64,000 nt of DNA from assembly GCA_951406725.2 (NCBI GenBank), contig OX597837.1:37386001-37450000 (forward strand), in the 5' to 3' direction. A program made the position numbers and the translations under genes. The notes under the pieces are model-generated. The model saw only the letters and a list, made by a program, of their open reading frames with translations, searched no databases and had not been told where the DNA came from. This stretch comes from Octopus vulgaris. Taxonomy: Eukaryota. Each line of letters starts with the position of its first letter. The stretch's first letter is position 1. This document shows positions 14,223-26,830 of the stretch, piece by piece.

Positions 14223-14904
14223 GCACAGCTTCAGCAATCACTTCCTTCAAAGGTTACCTGTCCCGCCGCAGGCTGTCTCACCCTGACATTCTTTATCTCT
14301 TTATCTTAAAACCCCCTACAGTAGCCGAAGATAAAATATCTTCCGGGTAGACGACGATTCCGGCGACGCAGTTTCGATTTCAGAAAATAGTCACTGGAAT
14401 CGGTAGACATAAACGGACTGGATTATTCTCGTGGTTTCGTCTCCAGGGCAGGGTCCCCTGACCTTCATAGGCTCGCCGAGATTACTAACACACACGATGC
14501 GTGCTTCGTATCCGACTTTAATATCCGTAAATCGATGTCTGCTGCAGAGAAAAGCATGAGAAGGAGGAGAATTCTAAAAGGGTGGACGTTCCGAGGAGGA
14601 ATAACTGGACATGGTGTTTAGTGTGGAATATCGTGGATGAGAGGGGGTGGGTTAGAGGAATTGGGGTGAAAAAGGAGCTAGCTCTGAGGTGGGGCAGAGG
14701 GCATAAGATACTCGAACCCTTAATCAAAGTGGGGAACCTTTTCTGTAATTAAAAGAGCTATATTGATTTAAGCGAAATCGAACACGGCTAGCGTTCGCGC
14801 GCGCACGCGTACTTGGTTATGGATCGGCAGAATTGTTTTTGCAAGTCGGAGACGTTGCTTCGCGGCATTTACGTTCTGAGTTCGAATTCTGCTAGGGTCA
14901 ACCT

Positions 14905-15317
14905 GGATCTTTTCGGTTTGAACGGCAGTTTTTTTCTAGCGGTGTCATATGAAATTGCCACCTATAATTATGACCCTAGTATCGATCTATTGCATTTCTA
15001 TCTGTTTTAGGTTTAGGGGTGGGGGGAAGGGTATCTTTTTTTTTGGCAAATGTAAATAAACCCAATCTGTTTCTTAAACGAGGGACATATTCATACGGCA
15101 CAGAATGCTTTTTACCTCAATAGACGTAATTGATTGGTTGAAATTGCAGAAATTGAAGAAAAAAAAAACAACAAATATCTTACAAACCATAGAATTTTCT
15201 CAATAAAGCCAAGAGAAAAAGATGTTTTATAAACACATTCTACCAGTATACGAAGTTTAAATTTTTTTAGTTACCCAGAAATTATGTTAAAAACTGCCGT
15301 TCAAACCGAAAAGATCC
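14905..15317. mobile_element. Merlin/IS1016-like MITE, 413 bp, 28-bp perfect TIR, 8-bp TSD, inserted in a SINE
   Basis: TIR GGATCTTTTCGGTTTGAACGGCAGTTTT at both ends; GTCAACCT duplicated at 14897-14904 and 15318-15325. GG termini with an 8-bp TSD fit Merlin. Confidence 0.8.
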
Positions 15318-15934
15318 GTCAACCTTATCCTTTAAAGGTCAATAAAACAACCTGACAAAAATTGGAGTTGGTTATCAATTAGCCCCTCCTTGCAAAATTC
15401 CAGGTCTTATGCTTAGTAAGGGTGGAGAAGGAAGTGATACACCCCAGTGAATTTCTGATAAGATGGGTGGGCGGCTGTGACAAAAACGGTTTGAGTGAAA
15501 GGCCCCACTCTAAGTATGCGCCTGTAGAATGAAGAGCATGGGAGAGGGCTTGTACCTTTGGTGGTCTGGGTAGTCCTGAATTTATGGGGTTCCTTAAACC
15601 TTTAGTGTCCTGATTAATATGCTAAATGCAGTGTTTATGCATTCACATTGTTATAAATTAATCCGGCATTATTTCATAGTCTTAGGATGTCGATGGTATG
15701 ATTGTTTCTTTTTAGAATTATATTGTAGGGTAGGTGTGAGAGGCCAAATCAAGCCGGTTTTAGCATAAAACACGTAGATATTAATGTCTTGTAGGCCCGC
15801 GGTATATCGTTATGCAATCAAAATATGCTACGAAGTATATCAAATGTTTTTGCAAGTCAATACCGTATACTACTGTGTTAGGAATGCATTTAAGTCACGT
15901 AAGGTCATCTCTACAGATTTTCTATAGAAACAAT

Positions 15935-16106
15935 AGGCGCAGGAGTGGCTGTGTGGTAAGTAGCTTGCTAACCAGCCACATGGTTCCGGGTTCAGTCCCA
16001 CTGCGTGGCATCTTGGGCAAGTGTCTTCTGCTATAGCCCCGGGCCGACCAATGCCTTGTGAGTGGATTTGGTAGACGGAAACTGAAAGAAGCCTGTCGTA
16101 TATATG

Positions 16107-16143
<37 letters not shown>

Positions 16144-16340
16144 TTGTCCCCCTAGCATTGCTTGACAACCGATGCTGGTGTGTTTGTGTCCCCGTCACTT
16201 AGCGGTTCGGCAAGGGAGACCGAAAGAATGAGTACTGGGCTTACAAAGAATAGGTCCTGGGGTCGATTTGCTCGGCTGGGGGCGGTGCTCCAGCATGGCC
16301 GCAGTCGGATGACTGAAACAGGTAAAGGAGTAAGAGTAAA
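15935..16340 (+). mobile_element. tRNA-derived SINE family A (representative full copy)
   Basis: A-box-like TGGCTGTGTGGTAAG, B-box-like GGTTCAGTCCC, internal (TA)(TG) tract, tail gtaaaagag. Other copies near 23115+, 25366+, 30288+, 32738+, 33857-, 46531-, 49360+, 55565+, 61411+, 62527-, 4135-, 5562-, 6530-. Confidence 0.85.
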
Positions 16341-18417
16341 GAATACGTATACCCGATGGTTAGGGCTAGGTTTAGGGTTAGGGATTAGGATTAAGGTTTG
16401 GGTTTTTGTTACGCTGAAAACGAGTGGTGTATGTATTCAAATTCCGCTGGCGTCAACTTTGCCTTTCATCCTTTCCTGGGTTGATTAAATAAATACCAGT
16501 TATGCACTGGGGTAGTCGATGTAATCGACTTAATCCCTTCCTTCAAATTTGAGGCCTTATGCCTCCAGTAGAAAGGATTATTATTATTATTATTAAAGAC
16601 ACGACTTTAATAATGGCAATGGAATGGCAGAATTTTTAGAACGTGAGAAAAAGTGTCCTGCAACATTTGTTCAGGCTCCTCATGTTCTGAGTTCAAATCT
16701 CACTGAGGTCACCTTTGACTTTTTATCTTATCGGGTCGGGTCAATGATATAAAGTACCACTTGAGCAATAGTGTCCTCCTATCCCAAATCTCAGTCCTTG
16801 TGTCTATATTAGAAAGAGTTATTACTATTCAAGATAAAACTAAGGCAAAACAGACAGCATACCAGGTAAAATCTTTTGTCTTAATGTTCTGAGTTCAAAT
16901 TCCACCAAGGTCGATTTTTGCCTTTCATCCTTTTGGGGGTTAATGAACTCTGGTGCTGTTGCAATCAACTTATCCTGTCTCCCAAAATTGCTGGCCTTGT
17001 GCCAAAATTTGAAACCAATTTTACAGACACCTGAGGCAGTGGGCTGGTGGAATCATTAGCATACAAAGCGAAATGCTCAGCAGCATTCCGAGTTCAAATT
17101 CCGCCATGGTCAACTTTGCCTTTCATCCTTTCGGGGTTGATAAATTAAGTACCAGTGAAACACTGGGGTCGATGAAATCAACTTGGCCACTCCCTTAAAA
17201 TCGCTGGCCTTGTGCCAAAATTTGAAACCATTATGACTATTATCATTATTATTATTATTATGGCACGTAAAAAGCACCATCTGATCGTGGCCGTTTGCCA
17301 GTCTCATCTGGCACCTGTGACGGTGGCACGTAAAAAGCACCCACTACACTCACGGAGTGGTTGGCGTTAGGAAGGGCATCCAGCCATAGAAACATTGCCA
17401 GATCAGATTGGAGTCTGGTGCAGCCTTCTGGCTTCCCAGACCCCAGTTGAACCGTCCAACCCGTGCTAGCATGGAAAGTGGATGCTAAACGATGATGATG
17501 ATGATGATTATTATTATTATTATTATTATTATAAAGGTGGTGAGGTGACAGAATGATTAGCACACTAGACAAAATGCTTAGCAGTATTTCCCTAGTTGCT
17601 ACATTCTGAGTTCAAATTCCGCCAAGGTCAACTTTGCTTTTTGTCCTTTCAGGGTTGATAAATTAAGTACCAGTGAAACACTGGAGTCGCTGTAATCGAT
17701 TTGGCCACTCCCTTAACATTGCTGGCCTTGTGCCAAACTTTGAAATCATTATTATAGATAACTCTTTTCAAGTTTTCTTTTAGATTTTTCCTATTTCCTT
17801 TCTTGTCCTCAACAATTAGTTTGGACTCATACACTGTTCACTTTCCAGACATTTGTACATTACTGCATATGCTTTATACGCACTTTTGACAAGTTGTGGT
17901 GCACCTGAGCACTCACTATCATCATCATCATCGTTTAATGTCCGCTTTCCATGCTAGCATATGTTGGACAGTTCGACTGGGGTCTAGGAAGCCAGGAGGC
18001 TGCACCAGGCTCCAGTCTGATCTGGCAGTGTTTCTACAGCTGGATGCCTTTCCTAACGCTAACCACTCCGTGACTGTAGTGGGTCTTTTTACATACCACT
18101 GGCACAGGTGCCAGGGGAGGCTGGCCACGGCCACTTACGGTTGGTGCTTTTTACGTGCCACTGGCACGGAAGCCAGTCAAGGCGGCACTGGCATCGACCA
18201 TGTATGGATGGTGCTTTTTAGGTGCCAGGGTAGGCTGGCAACGGCCATGAATAGTTGGTGCTTTTTACGTGCCACCGGCACGGGAGCCAGTCAAGGTGGT
18301 GCTGGCATCGGCCACATACAGATGGTGCTTTTTATGTCATTATTATTATTATAAAACTTTCCTTTTATGAATCTGAATTTACTCTAGTGGCTGGAAAAAA
18401 CTGGGAATGTGTATCAT

Positions 18418-18858
18418 ATATTGACCTCCTGGAATCTGTCCAGAGACGTGCAACCAAACGCATACCCTCCATCAGACACCTACCATATTCTGAGCGCTTT
18501 GTTTCCCTGGGCATGGATTCACTGAAGCTCCGGCGTCTGGCGACGGACTTGGTAAACACCCACAAAGTTATCAACCACCTCACCAACAACAACACTGAAC
18601 ACCTTTTTGATCTCCATGTGTCTAACACACGTGGACATGCCTACAAAGTCAGAAAACAACACAGCTCCCATGACTTTCGGAAACATTTTTTCACGCTCAG
18701 AGTTGCTGAAGCATGGAATAAACTGCCTGCGTCAGTTGTTGACTGCCATGACACTGCATCCTTTAAGGCCCTCATGCTTTCCGAAATCCGCCAAAACTAC
18801 ACCTGATTATATATACACTTTAGATGAGTTGTAGTGCACCTGAGCACTGTACACAATG

Positions 18859-18912
<54 letters not shown>
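18418..18912 (+). mobile_element. CR1/L2-clade LINE, 3' end with (TTA)n tail
   Basis: LESVQRRATKRIP...YSERFVSLGMDSLKLRR...TRGH...HFFTLRVAEAWNKLP is a CR1-type ORF2 C-terminus; 5'-truncated. Confidence 0.88.
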
Positions 18913-18914
<2 letters not shown>

Positions 18915-19312
18915 GGTGCATGGATGCCAGGGAATTATGCCCTGAGTATCAGATGTTATACTCTGAACAGGTAAAGGATTAAAATGATCAGGTGCTTATT
19001 AGTGTTAGGTCAACCCTGATATAGTAGACATGTTACCAGACAAAAAATACCCTTTGTCACTAACTTATCATATCTTGAACATCTTGTTTCTCTGGGCATT
19101 GACACGTTAAAGCAACAATGTCTAGTAGCTGACGTAGTAGAAGCCGACAAGATTATCCACCATCTTTCCAATGACAACTTTAGACACCATTTTGAATTCA
19201 AAATCTCTGCCAAGTACTTATAAAATCAAAAAAAAAGGCAGCACAGCACTCATGACTTTCAGAAACATGGTTTTCACATTCCAAATTGCCGAAACATATG
19301 AATTTAGTCCAG

Positions 19313-20597
19313 CAAATCAATCCCAGTACTTATTTTCCTTGATTCTGGTATTTATTTTATCACTCTCTTTTGCTGAACTGCTGGATGGTAGGGGACGTAG
19401 ACAAATCAATCCCAGTACTTATTTTCCTTGATTCTGGTATTTATTTTATCACTCTCTTTTGCTGAACTGCTGGGTTGTGGGGGACGTAGACAAATCAATC
19501 CCAGTACTTATTTTCCTTGATTCTGGTATTTATTTTATCACTCTCTTTTGCTGAACTGCTGGGTTGTGGGGGACGTAGACAAATCAATCCCAGTACTTAT
19601 TTTCCTTGATTCTGGTATTTATTTTATCACTCTCTTTTGCTGAACTGCTGGGTTGTGGGGGACGTAGACAAATCAATCCCAGTACTTATTTTCCTTGATT
19701 CTGGTATTTATTTTATCACTCTCTTTTGCTGAACTGCTGGGTTGTGGGGGACGTAGACAAATCAATCCCAGTACTTATTTTCCTTGATTCTGGTATTTAT
19801 TTTATCACTCTCTTTTGCTGAACTGCTGGGTTGTGGGGGACGTAGACAAATCAATCCCAGTACTTATTTTCCTTGATTCTGGTATTTATTTTATCACTCT
19901 CTTTTGCTGAACTGCTGGGTTGTGGGGGACGTAGACAAATCAATCCCAGTACTTATTTTCCTTGATTCTGGTATTTATTTTATCACTCTCTTTTGCTGAA
20001 CTGCTGGGTTGTGGGGGACGTAGACAAATCAATCCCAGTACTTATTTTCCTTGATTCTGGTATTTATTTTATCACTCTCTTTTGCTGAACTGCTGGATGG
20101 TAGGGGACGTAGACAAATCAATCCCAGTACTTATTTTCCTTGATTCTGGTATTTATTTTATCACTCTCTTTTGCTGAACTGCTGGGTTGTGGGGGACGTA
20201 GACAAATCAATCCCAGTACTTATTTTCCTTGATTCTGGTATTTATTTTATCACTCTCTTTTGCTGAACTGCTGGGTTGTGGGGGACGTAGACAAATCAAT
20301 CCCAGTACTTATTTTCCTTGATTCTGGTATTTATTTTATCACTCTCTTTTGCTGAACTGCTGGGTTGTGGGGGACGTAGACAAATCAATCCCAGTACTTA
20401 TTTTCCTTGATTCTGGTATTTATTTTATCACTCTCTTTTGCTGAACTGCTGGGTTGTGGGGGACGTAGACAAATCAATCCCAGTACTTATTTTCCTTGAT
20501 TCTGGTATTTATTTTATCACTCTCTTTTGCTGAACTGCTGGGTTGTGGGGGACGTAGACAAATCAATCCCAGTACTTATTTTCCTTGATTCTGGTAT

Positions 20598-20630
<33 letters not shown>

Positions 20631-20900
20631 CATTGTGTACAGTGCTCAGGTGCACTACAACTCATCTAAAGTGTATATATAATCAGGTGAAGTTTCGGCG
20701 GATTTCGGAAAGCATGAGGGCCTTAAAGGATGCAGTGTCATGGCAGTCAACAACTGACGCAGGCAGTTTATTCCATGCTTCAGCAACTCTGAGCGTGAAA
20801 AAATTTTATTTTATCACTCTCTTTTGCTGAACTGCTGGGTTGTGGGGGACGTAGACAAATCAACACCAGTTGTCAAGCGATGGTGGGGGACAAACACACA
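19313..20900. repeat. 89-bp tandem satellite (14 full units plus one interrupted), derived from an internal SINE segment
   Basis: Unit starts at 19313, 19402, 19491 ... 20559. After the last unit the normal SINE continuation resumes (caccagttgtcaagcgatggtgggggacaaacac). Confidence 0.92.
20601..20803 (-). mobile_element. 5'-truncated CR1 LINE copy inserted into the 89-bp satellite
   Basis: Near-identical reverse complement of 18687-18900; splits a satellite unit at ctggtattta / ttttatcac. Confidence 0.85.
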
Positions 20901-21517
20901 CAATGACACACGTACACCATGCATGACAGTGTAAGCACCCCGAGAGAAATGTTGGACAAAAGAAGCATTGGTTGTTAGCTGTCAGGACACTGCAGCCTTT
21001 AAACATTCAATGAGTCCCAAAATATGTCAACTCCACACCGGATGTACCTGTGCACCCCTTCCTTTTTTATGCTTCTTTTACTGTTCATGTTTCTGTCTTC
21101 TTGTGGTTTATTCTATGTTCTGAGTATTTATATATCGAGCTGTCATTGTTGTCTTTCTTCACTTGACTTACTGCTGCTTTCTGACCCCTTTTCTACCAAG
21201 TTGTAGGGAACCTGAGCAGTGTATCATCATCATCATCATCATCGTTTAACTCTGCTTTCCATGCTAGCATGGGTTGGACGATTTTGACTGAGGGCTGGCG
21301 AACCAGATGGCTGCACCAGGCTCCAATCTTGATCTGGCAGAGTTTCTACAGCTGGATGCCCTTCCTAACGCCAACCACTCCGAGAGTGTAGTGGGTGCTT
21401 TTTATGTGCCACCGGCACGGGAGCCAGTCAGGCGATGCTGGCAATGACCTCGCTTGAATCAAATTCGATGACTGGCATCCGTGCTAGAGGGGTGCAAAGA
21501 GCACCAGACGAGGGTGA

Positions 21518-22175
21518 TCTCCGGCTGTCTTATTCACATTCCCAAGCCCAGAATGGTGAAACCATAGAATAAACAAGCCACATTGGTTCTTAGCCTCCTT
21601 CCATGCTTCCTGAAATTCCCCAAAGCAAATCCTGATGTGCCTATACACTCTTTCCTCATTGTGACTCTTTTAACATTAATTTTTCTTTCCTTTTGCATTT
21701 TACTCGGTGTACAGTAATCCCTCACCATATTGCGGTTCACCTATCATCATCATCAAATGTCCGCTTTCCATGCTAGCATGGGTTGGACGGTTCGACCGGG
21801 GTCTGGGAAGCCAGGAGGCTGCACCAGGCTCCAATCTGATCAGGCAGTGTTTCTACAGCTGGATGCCCTTCCTAATGCCAACCACTCCATGAGTGTAGTG
21901 GGTGCTTTTTACGTGCCACTGATTTTTAAAATAATTTTAAAAAATTATTCTCCGGCTGTCTTATTCACATTCCCAAGCCCAGAATGGTGAAACCATAGAA
22001 TAAACAAGCCACATTGGTTCTTAGCCTCCTTCCATGCTTCCTGAAATTCCCCAAAGCAAATCCTGATGTGCCTATACACTCTTTCCTCATTGTGACTCTT
22101 TTAACATTCACTTTTCTTTCCTTTTGTGTTTTACTCAATGTACAGAAATTCCATATCACGGTTCACCCATCGCGG
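21518..22175. repeat. Direct duplication of ~225 bp (21518-21745 and 21949-22175) separated by a SINE fragment
   Basis: Near-identical tctccggctgtcttattcacattcccaagcc... copies 431 bp apart. Confidence 0.85.
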
Positions 22176-23915
22176 TTTATTATTTAAGCTTACGGCGATT
22201 CCTCCATGGTGTTGTTTTGCATTTATAATAAAATAAATATATACAAATTATAAAAACAATAATAAAAATAATATATATATACAGTACTGTTTCTAGGGAA
22301 TAAGACAACAGGAGAACATCGTTAGAAAAATATTTAATAACTAAGGAGCACTCTGTCGGTTACTGAGACCTTTGGAAATATGCTGTGAGAGGAAATAAGA
22401 AAGAACAAGTGAGAATGAACATGAGAGAGAGAAATGATTCTGTTGTTGTTTGGCCCCAGGTCAGCCCCGCTTGAGGTAATTCCAGCCTAGGAATTGTTTT
22501 ACCAAAGGACAGTCCACCTAGGATTACTTTATCAAATGTGAACTTCTCTTGTAAGATATTGGGGTATGATCTGAGGGAGACTCAGTTGCTATTTCTAGCA
22601 GCTCGCATTTCTACATAGATAAGAACCGTAGTTGGCTCACTGGAAACGATATGGATGATAATGGCAAGCATGGTAGAATGAACATTTGATAAGAATATGG
22701 AACTCTGTAGAATGGTAATATGTGGTTAGCAGAGCGTTACTAAACGATAATTGAGACTGGCAGATAATATAATAGGAAAACTGATAGGAGAAAATCTAAA
22801 AATTAATAGATCTGAGGCAAAAATAGACTTGCTGCTATTGTTTAACCCTGGGTCAGTGAAACCAAGTGGCCTTGTGGTTAAGTCATTTGGCTCGCAAATT
22901 CTAAGGTCATGGGTTCAATTTCTGGTGGTGTGTTGTTGTATCCTTGAGCAAGATACTTTATTTCACATTGCTCCATCAGTCCCCTCAGCTGGTAAAAATG
23001 AATAGTATTTGGATTTGAAAGGGCCAGCCTTGTCACTTCAAATCTCCCTGAGAACTATGATAAGCATATGCGTATCTGTGGAGTACTCAGCCACTTGCAC
23101 GTTAATTTCATGAGCAGGAGTGGCTGTGTGGTAAGTAGCTTGATTACCAGCTACATGGTTCCAGGTTCAGTCCCACGGCGTGGCACCTTGGGCAAGTGTC
23201 TTCTACTATAGCCTCAGGCCGACCAAACCCTTGTGAGTGGATTTGGTAGACGGAAACTGAAAAGAAGCCCGTCGTATATATGTATATATATATATGTGCA
23301 TGTTTGTGTGTCTGTGTTTGTCCCCCCCTAGCATTACTTGACAACCAATGATGGTGTGTTTATGTCCCCGTCACTTAGCGGTTCAGCAAAAGAGACCGAT
23401 AGAATAAGTACTAGGCTTACAAAGAATAAGTCCTAGGGTCAATTTGCTCGACTAAAGGCAGTGCTCCTAGCATGGCCACAGTCCAATGACTGAAACAAGT
23501 AAAAGAGTATACCCTGTAAAGTGGTTGGCATTAGGAAGGGCATCAAGGCATAGAGACAATGCCAAAGGAAACACTGGAACATGATGCAATCTTCTGGTTT
23601 GTCAGACCTTGGCAAACAGTTCAACTCATACCAGTATGGAAGCTGAACCTTAAACAACAACAACAACAACAATAATAATAATAATAATAATAATAATAAT
23701 CCTTTCTACTGGAAGCAAAAGGCCTCAAAATTGGGTGATGGGATTGCCAGTCGATTAGATCGATCCCCAGTACGCAACTGGTACTTAATTTATCAACCCT
23801 GAAAGGATGAAAGGCAAAGTCAACCTCAGCAGAATTTGAACTCAGAACATAAAGACAGACGAAATACCACTAAGTATTTCGCCTGGTGTGCTAACGATTC
23901 TACCAGCTCACTGCC

Positions 23916-23952
<37 letters not shown>

Positions 23953-23979
23953 TGATGATGACCTAAGATTACATTATCT

Positions 23980-24255
23980 AATGCTGAGAGTTGCTGAAGC
24001 ATGGAACAAACTGCCGGCATCAGTTGTTAGTTGTCGGAGCACTGCATCCTTCAAAACTTCCATGCTTCCTGAGATTCACCAACATGACACTTGATTTTCT
24101 CCCCTCCATACACACGCAAGCATGTATCTGACTCATACATTGTTCGCTTTCCAGACATTTCTACATTACTGCATGTACTTTATACGCACTCTCTGACAAG
24201 TTGTGGTGCACCTGAGCACTGTATACAATAATTTCATTATTATTATTATTATTAA
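23980..24255 (+). mobile_element. CR1 LINE 3' fragment (second subfamily)
   Basis: LRVAEAWNKLPASVV...; 3' UTR shared with 17820-17915. Confidence 0.8.
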
Positions 24256-24656
24256 TTTTGTTTTTTCTTTCCTTTTTTCTTTTTAAATCATGTGAAATAT
24301 AAATTGAGATTTGGCTGCTATTTCCTGTAGATTGAGCAACCTCTTAGAGACTCCTTCATTAGCTCGAGCAGAATGATACAAATTAAGCAGTCAGAGAAAA
24401 CACAAACCTGTGCACTGCTTCGTATTCTGGTGAGAATATGGAATGGCAGTAGCCAAAGCATGTGATTACCATTCCAGAGAATTTTGGTCAGATTCCAAAA
24501 CAGAACTACTTACTTTTAATACAAGATGGTTAGCTTTGATAATAGACGATGCTTGAATATTGGAATGCTTCTCTGCCACAACAACTGGCATGCCAAATGT
24601 TCCAGATGAGCATTTACCATTATTATTGATCCTATTGTTCAGCCTCTAGTCAGTCC

Positions 24657-25135
24657 TCAAAGGCGATCCAAATATGGCCATCCTGTCTTTTTTTTTTTCT
24701 CAAACTACATGATCTCTGTTCATCTGCATTTTTTTTCACAATGGTAGAATGTGACTTGAGGGAGATTTGGCTGCTATTTCTAGGAGGTCGAGTGACCACA
24801 TTGAGACCCACTCCCACCTCCTTGTTGTTCTATAGTGTTTCTTTTTTCTTGTTGTTTAACCCAAGGCTAGCCTTCATCAAACAAACATATGATCAAAGGC
24901 GCTCCAAATATGACCATCCTGCCTTTTTTTTTCTCAAACTACATGATCTCTGTCCATCCGCACTTTTTTTCACGATGGTAGAATGTGACTTGAGGGAGAT
25001 TTGGCTGCTATTTCTAGGAGGTCAAGTGACCGCATTAAGACCCCCACCCCACCTTCTTGTTGTTCTATTGTGTTTCTTTTTTCTTGTTGTTTAGCCCAAG
25101 GCTAGCCTTCACCAAACAAACCCATGAGCAAAAGC
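24657..25135. repeat. Tandem duplication (~237 bp x2) of an interspersed repeat with core gagggagatttggctgctatttctag
   Basis: Two aligned copies; the core recurs near 1515, 7075, 12220, 22570, 24305, 25195 and 45015. Confidence 0.8.
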
Positions 25136-25365
25136 ATTCTTGTCATCATCCAATGACTCCTTTCCTCTTTTTAGGATAACCAGGTGTCAGTTGAGTGAGA
25201 TTTGGCTGCTATTTCTAGCAATCATGTAGATGCGCCCTCATTGAGTCAGTGTTTTCGTGTTCTGGTTTAGCCCCAGGTCAGTCCTGATTGAGTAAATCTA
25301 TGATCAAAAGCATTCAAAGGGGTTGGGTGTCATTTCACTTTTTTCTTAAACTTTTGTAAACATTT

Positions 25366-25537
25366 AGGCGCAGGAGTGGCTGTGTGGTAAGTAGCTTGCT
25401 TACCAACCACATGGTTCCGAGTTCAGTCCCACTGTGTGGCACCTTGGGCAAGTGTCTTCTACAATAGCCTCGGGCCGACCAAAGCCTTGTGAGTGGATTT
25501 GGTAGACGGAAACTGAAAGAAGCCCGTTGTATATATG

Positions 25538-25604
<67 letters not shown>

Positions 25605-25791
25605 ATATGTGTGTGTATATATATATGTGTGTGTGTATATATATATGTGTGTGTGTATATATATATATATAAATATGTGTGTGTATATATATATGTGTGT
25701 GTGTATGTGTGTGTATATATATATGTGTGTGTGTATGTATATATATATATGTGTGTGTGTGTATGTATATATATATATATGTGTGTGTGTA

Positions 25792-25858
<67 letters not shown>

Positions 25859-25902
25859 ATATATATGTGTGTGTGTGTATATATATATGTGTGTGTGTGT
25901 GT

Positions 25903-25944
<42 letters not shown>

Positions 25945-26160
25945 TTGTGTGTCTGTGTTTGTCCCTCCCACCATCGCTTGACAACCATTGGTGGTGAGTT
26001 TATGTCCCCGTAACTTAGCGGTTCGGCAAAAGAGACCGATAGAATAAGTACTAGGCTTACAAAGAATAAGTCCTGGGGTCGATTTGCTCGACTAAAGGCA
26101 GTGCTCCAGCATGGCCACAGTCAAATGACTGAAACAAGTAAAAGAGAGTAAAAGAGTATT
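25366..26160 (+). mobile_element. SINE family A with ~430-bp expanded internal TA/TG microsatellite
   Basis: Intact 5' and 3' halves flank the tract at 25530-25950. Confidence 0.85.
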
Positions 26161-26442
26161 TCATATTGCAAACTAATTTTTCTCCATGTGGATGCCTTCC
26201 TCCCGCATCGACATCATCATCATCATCATCATCATTATTAGTATTATTATTACCATCATCATCACCGTCATCATCATCATCGTCTACGATGAGTCTACGA
26301 TTAAAAAAAAAATTTAACATCATTTTTTTTCCCATCTTAACGCATATTTTTTCGTGTGTCGATGGCGGCGGAGTTGGCGTCCATGCTCACACCTGCACCT
26401 GTGTTGCTTCTCCTCCTTCTTCCCTCCCTCGTAAAGTGTGAC

Positions 26443-26830
26443 TGCGCATGTGCAGTCATACTTTCACGAATGCGCATACACATGTCCGTGCATGCGCAGT
26501 CACACGTTCGCGCATGCGCAGTTCCACATTCGCATCCACACCTTCGCGAATGCGCAGTCAGTTTCGCGCATGCGCAATCATGCTTTTGCGCATGCGCAGT
26601 CAGTCATACTTTCACGCATGCGCAGTTCCACGTTCGCGCATGCGCAGTTTAGCGCATTCACACGTTCGCGCATGCGCAGTCACACTTTCCCGCATGCGCA
26701 GTGACACTTTCGCGCATGCGCACTCACATTTTTGCACATTCACACGTTCGCGCATGCGCAGTGACATTTTCGCGCTTGCGCAGTCACTTTCGCGCATTTG
26801 CATTCATACTTTCACGCATGCGCAGGCGCA
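26443..26830. promoter_or_regulatory. Tandem array of NRF1/Ewg consensus motifs (degenerate ~22-bp unit gtcacactttcgcgcatgcgca)
   Basis: Seven exact YGCGCATGCGCA at 26509, 26565, 26587, 26635, 26667, 26711 and 26749, plus about nine copies with 1-2 mismatches. YY1-like GATGGCGGCG at 26361. Confidence 0.55.

Noticed and set aside
15935-16020. tRNA gene
   Set aside because: A and B boxes are present but no complete cloverleaf; it is the head of a multi-copy SINE.
19313-20600. CRISPR-like regular array
   Set aside because: Units are contiguous and near-identical with no unique spacers; eukaryotic context; no cas genes.
26356-26652. ORF MAAELASMLTPAPVLLLLLLPSLVKC with a signal-peptide look
   Set aside because: It runs straight into the motif array, has only a weak donor (GTAAAG), and no downstream plus-strand exons were found. 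Not supportable without RNA data.
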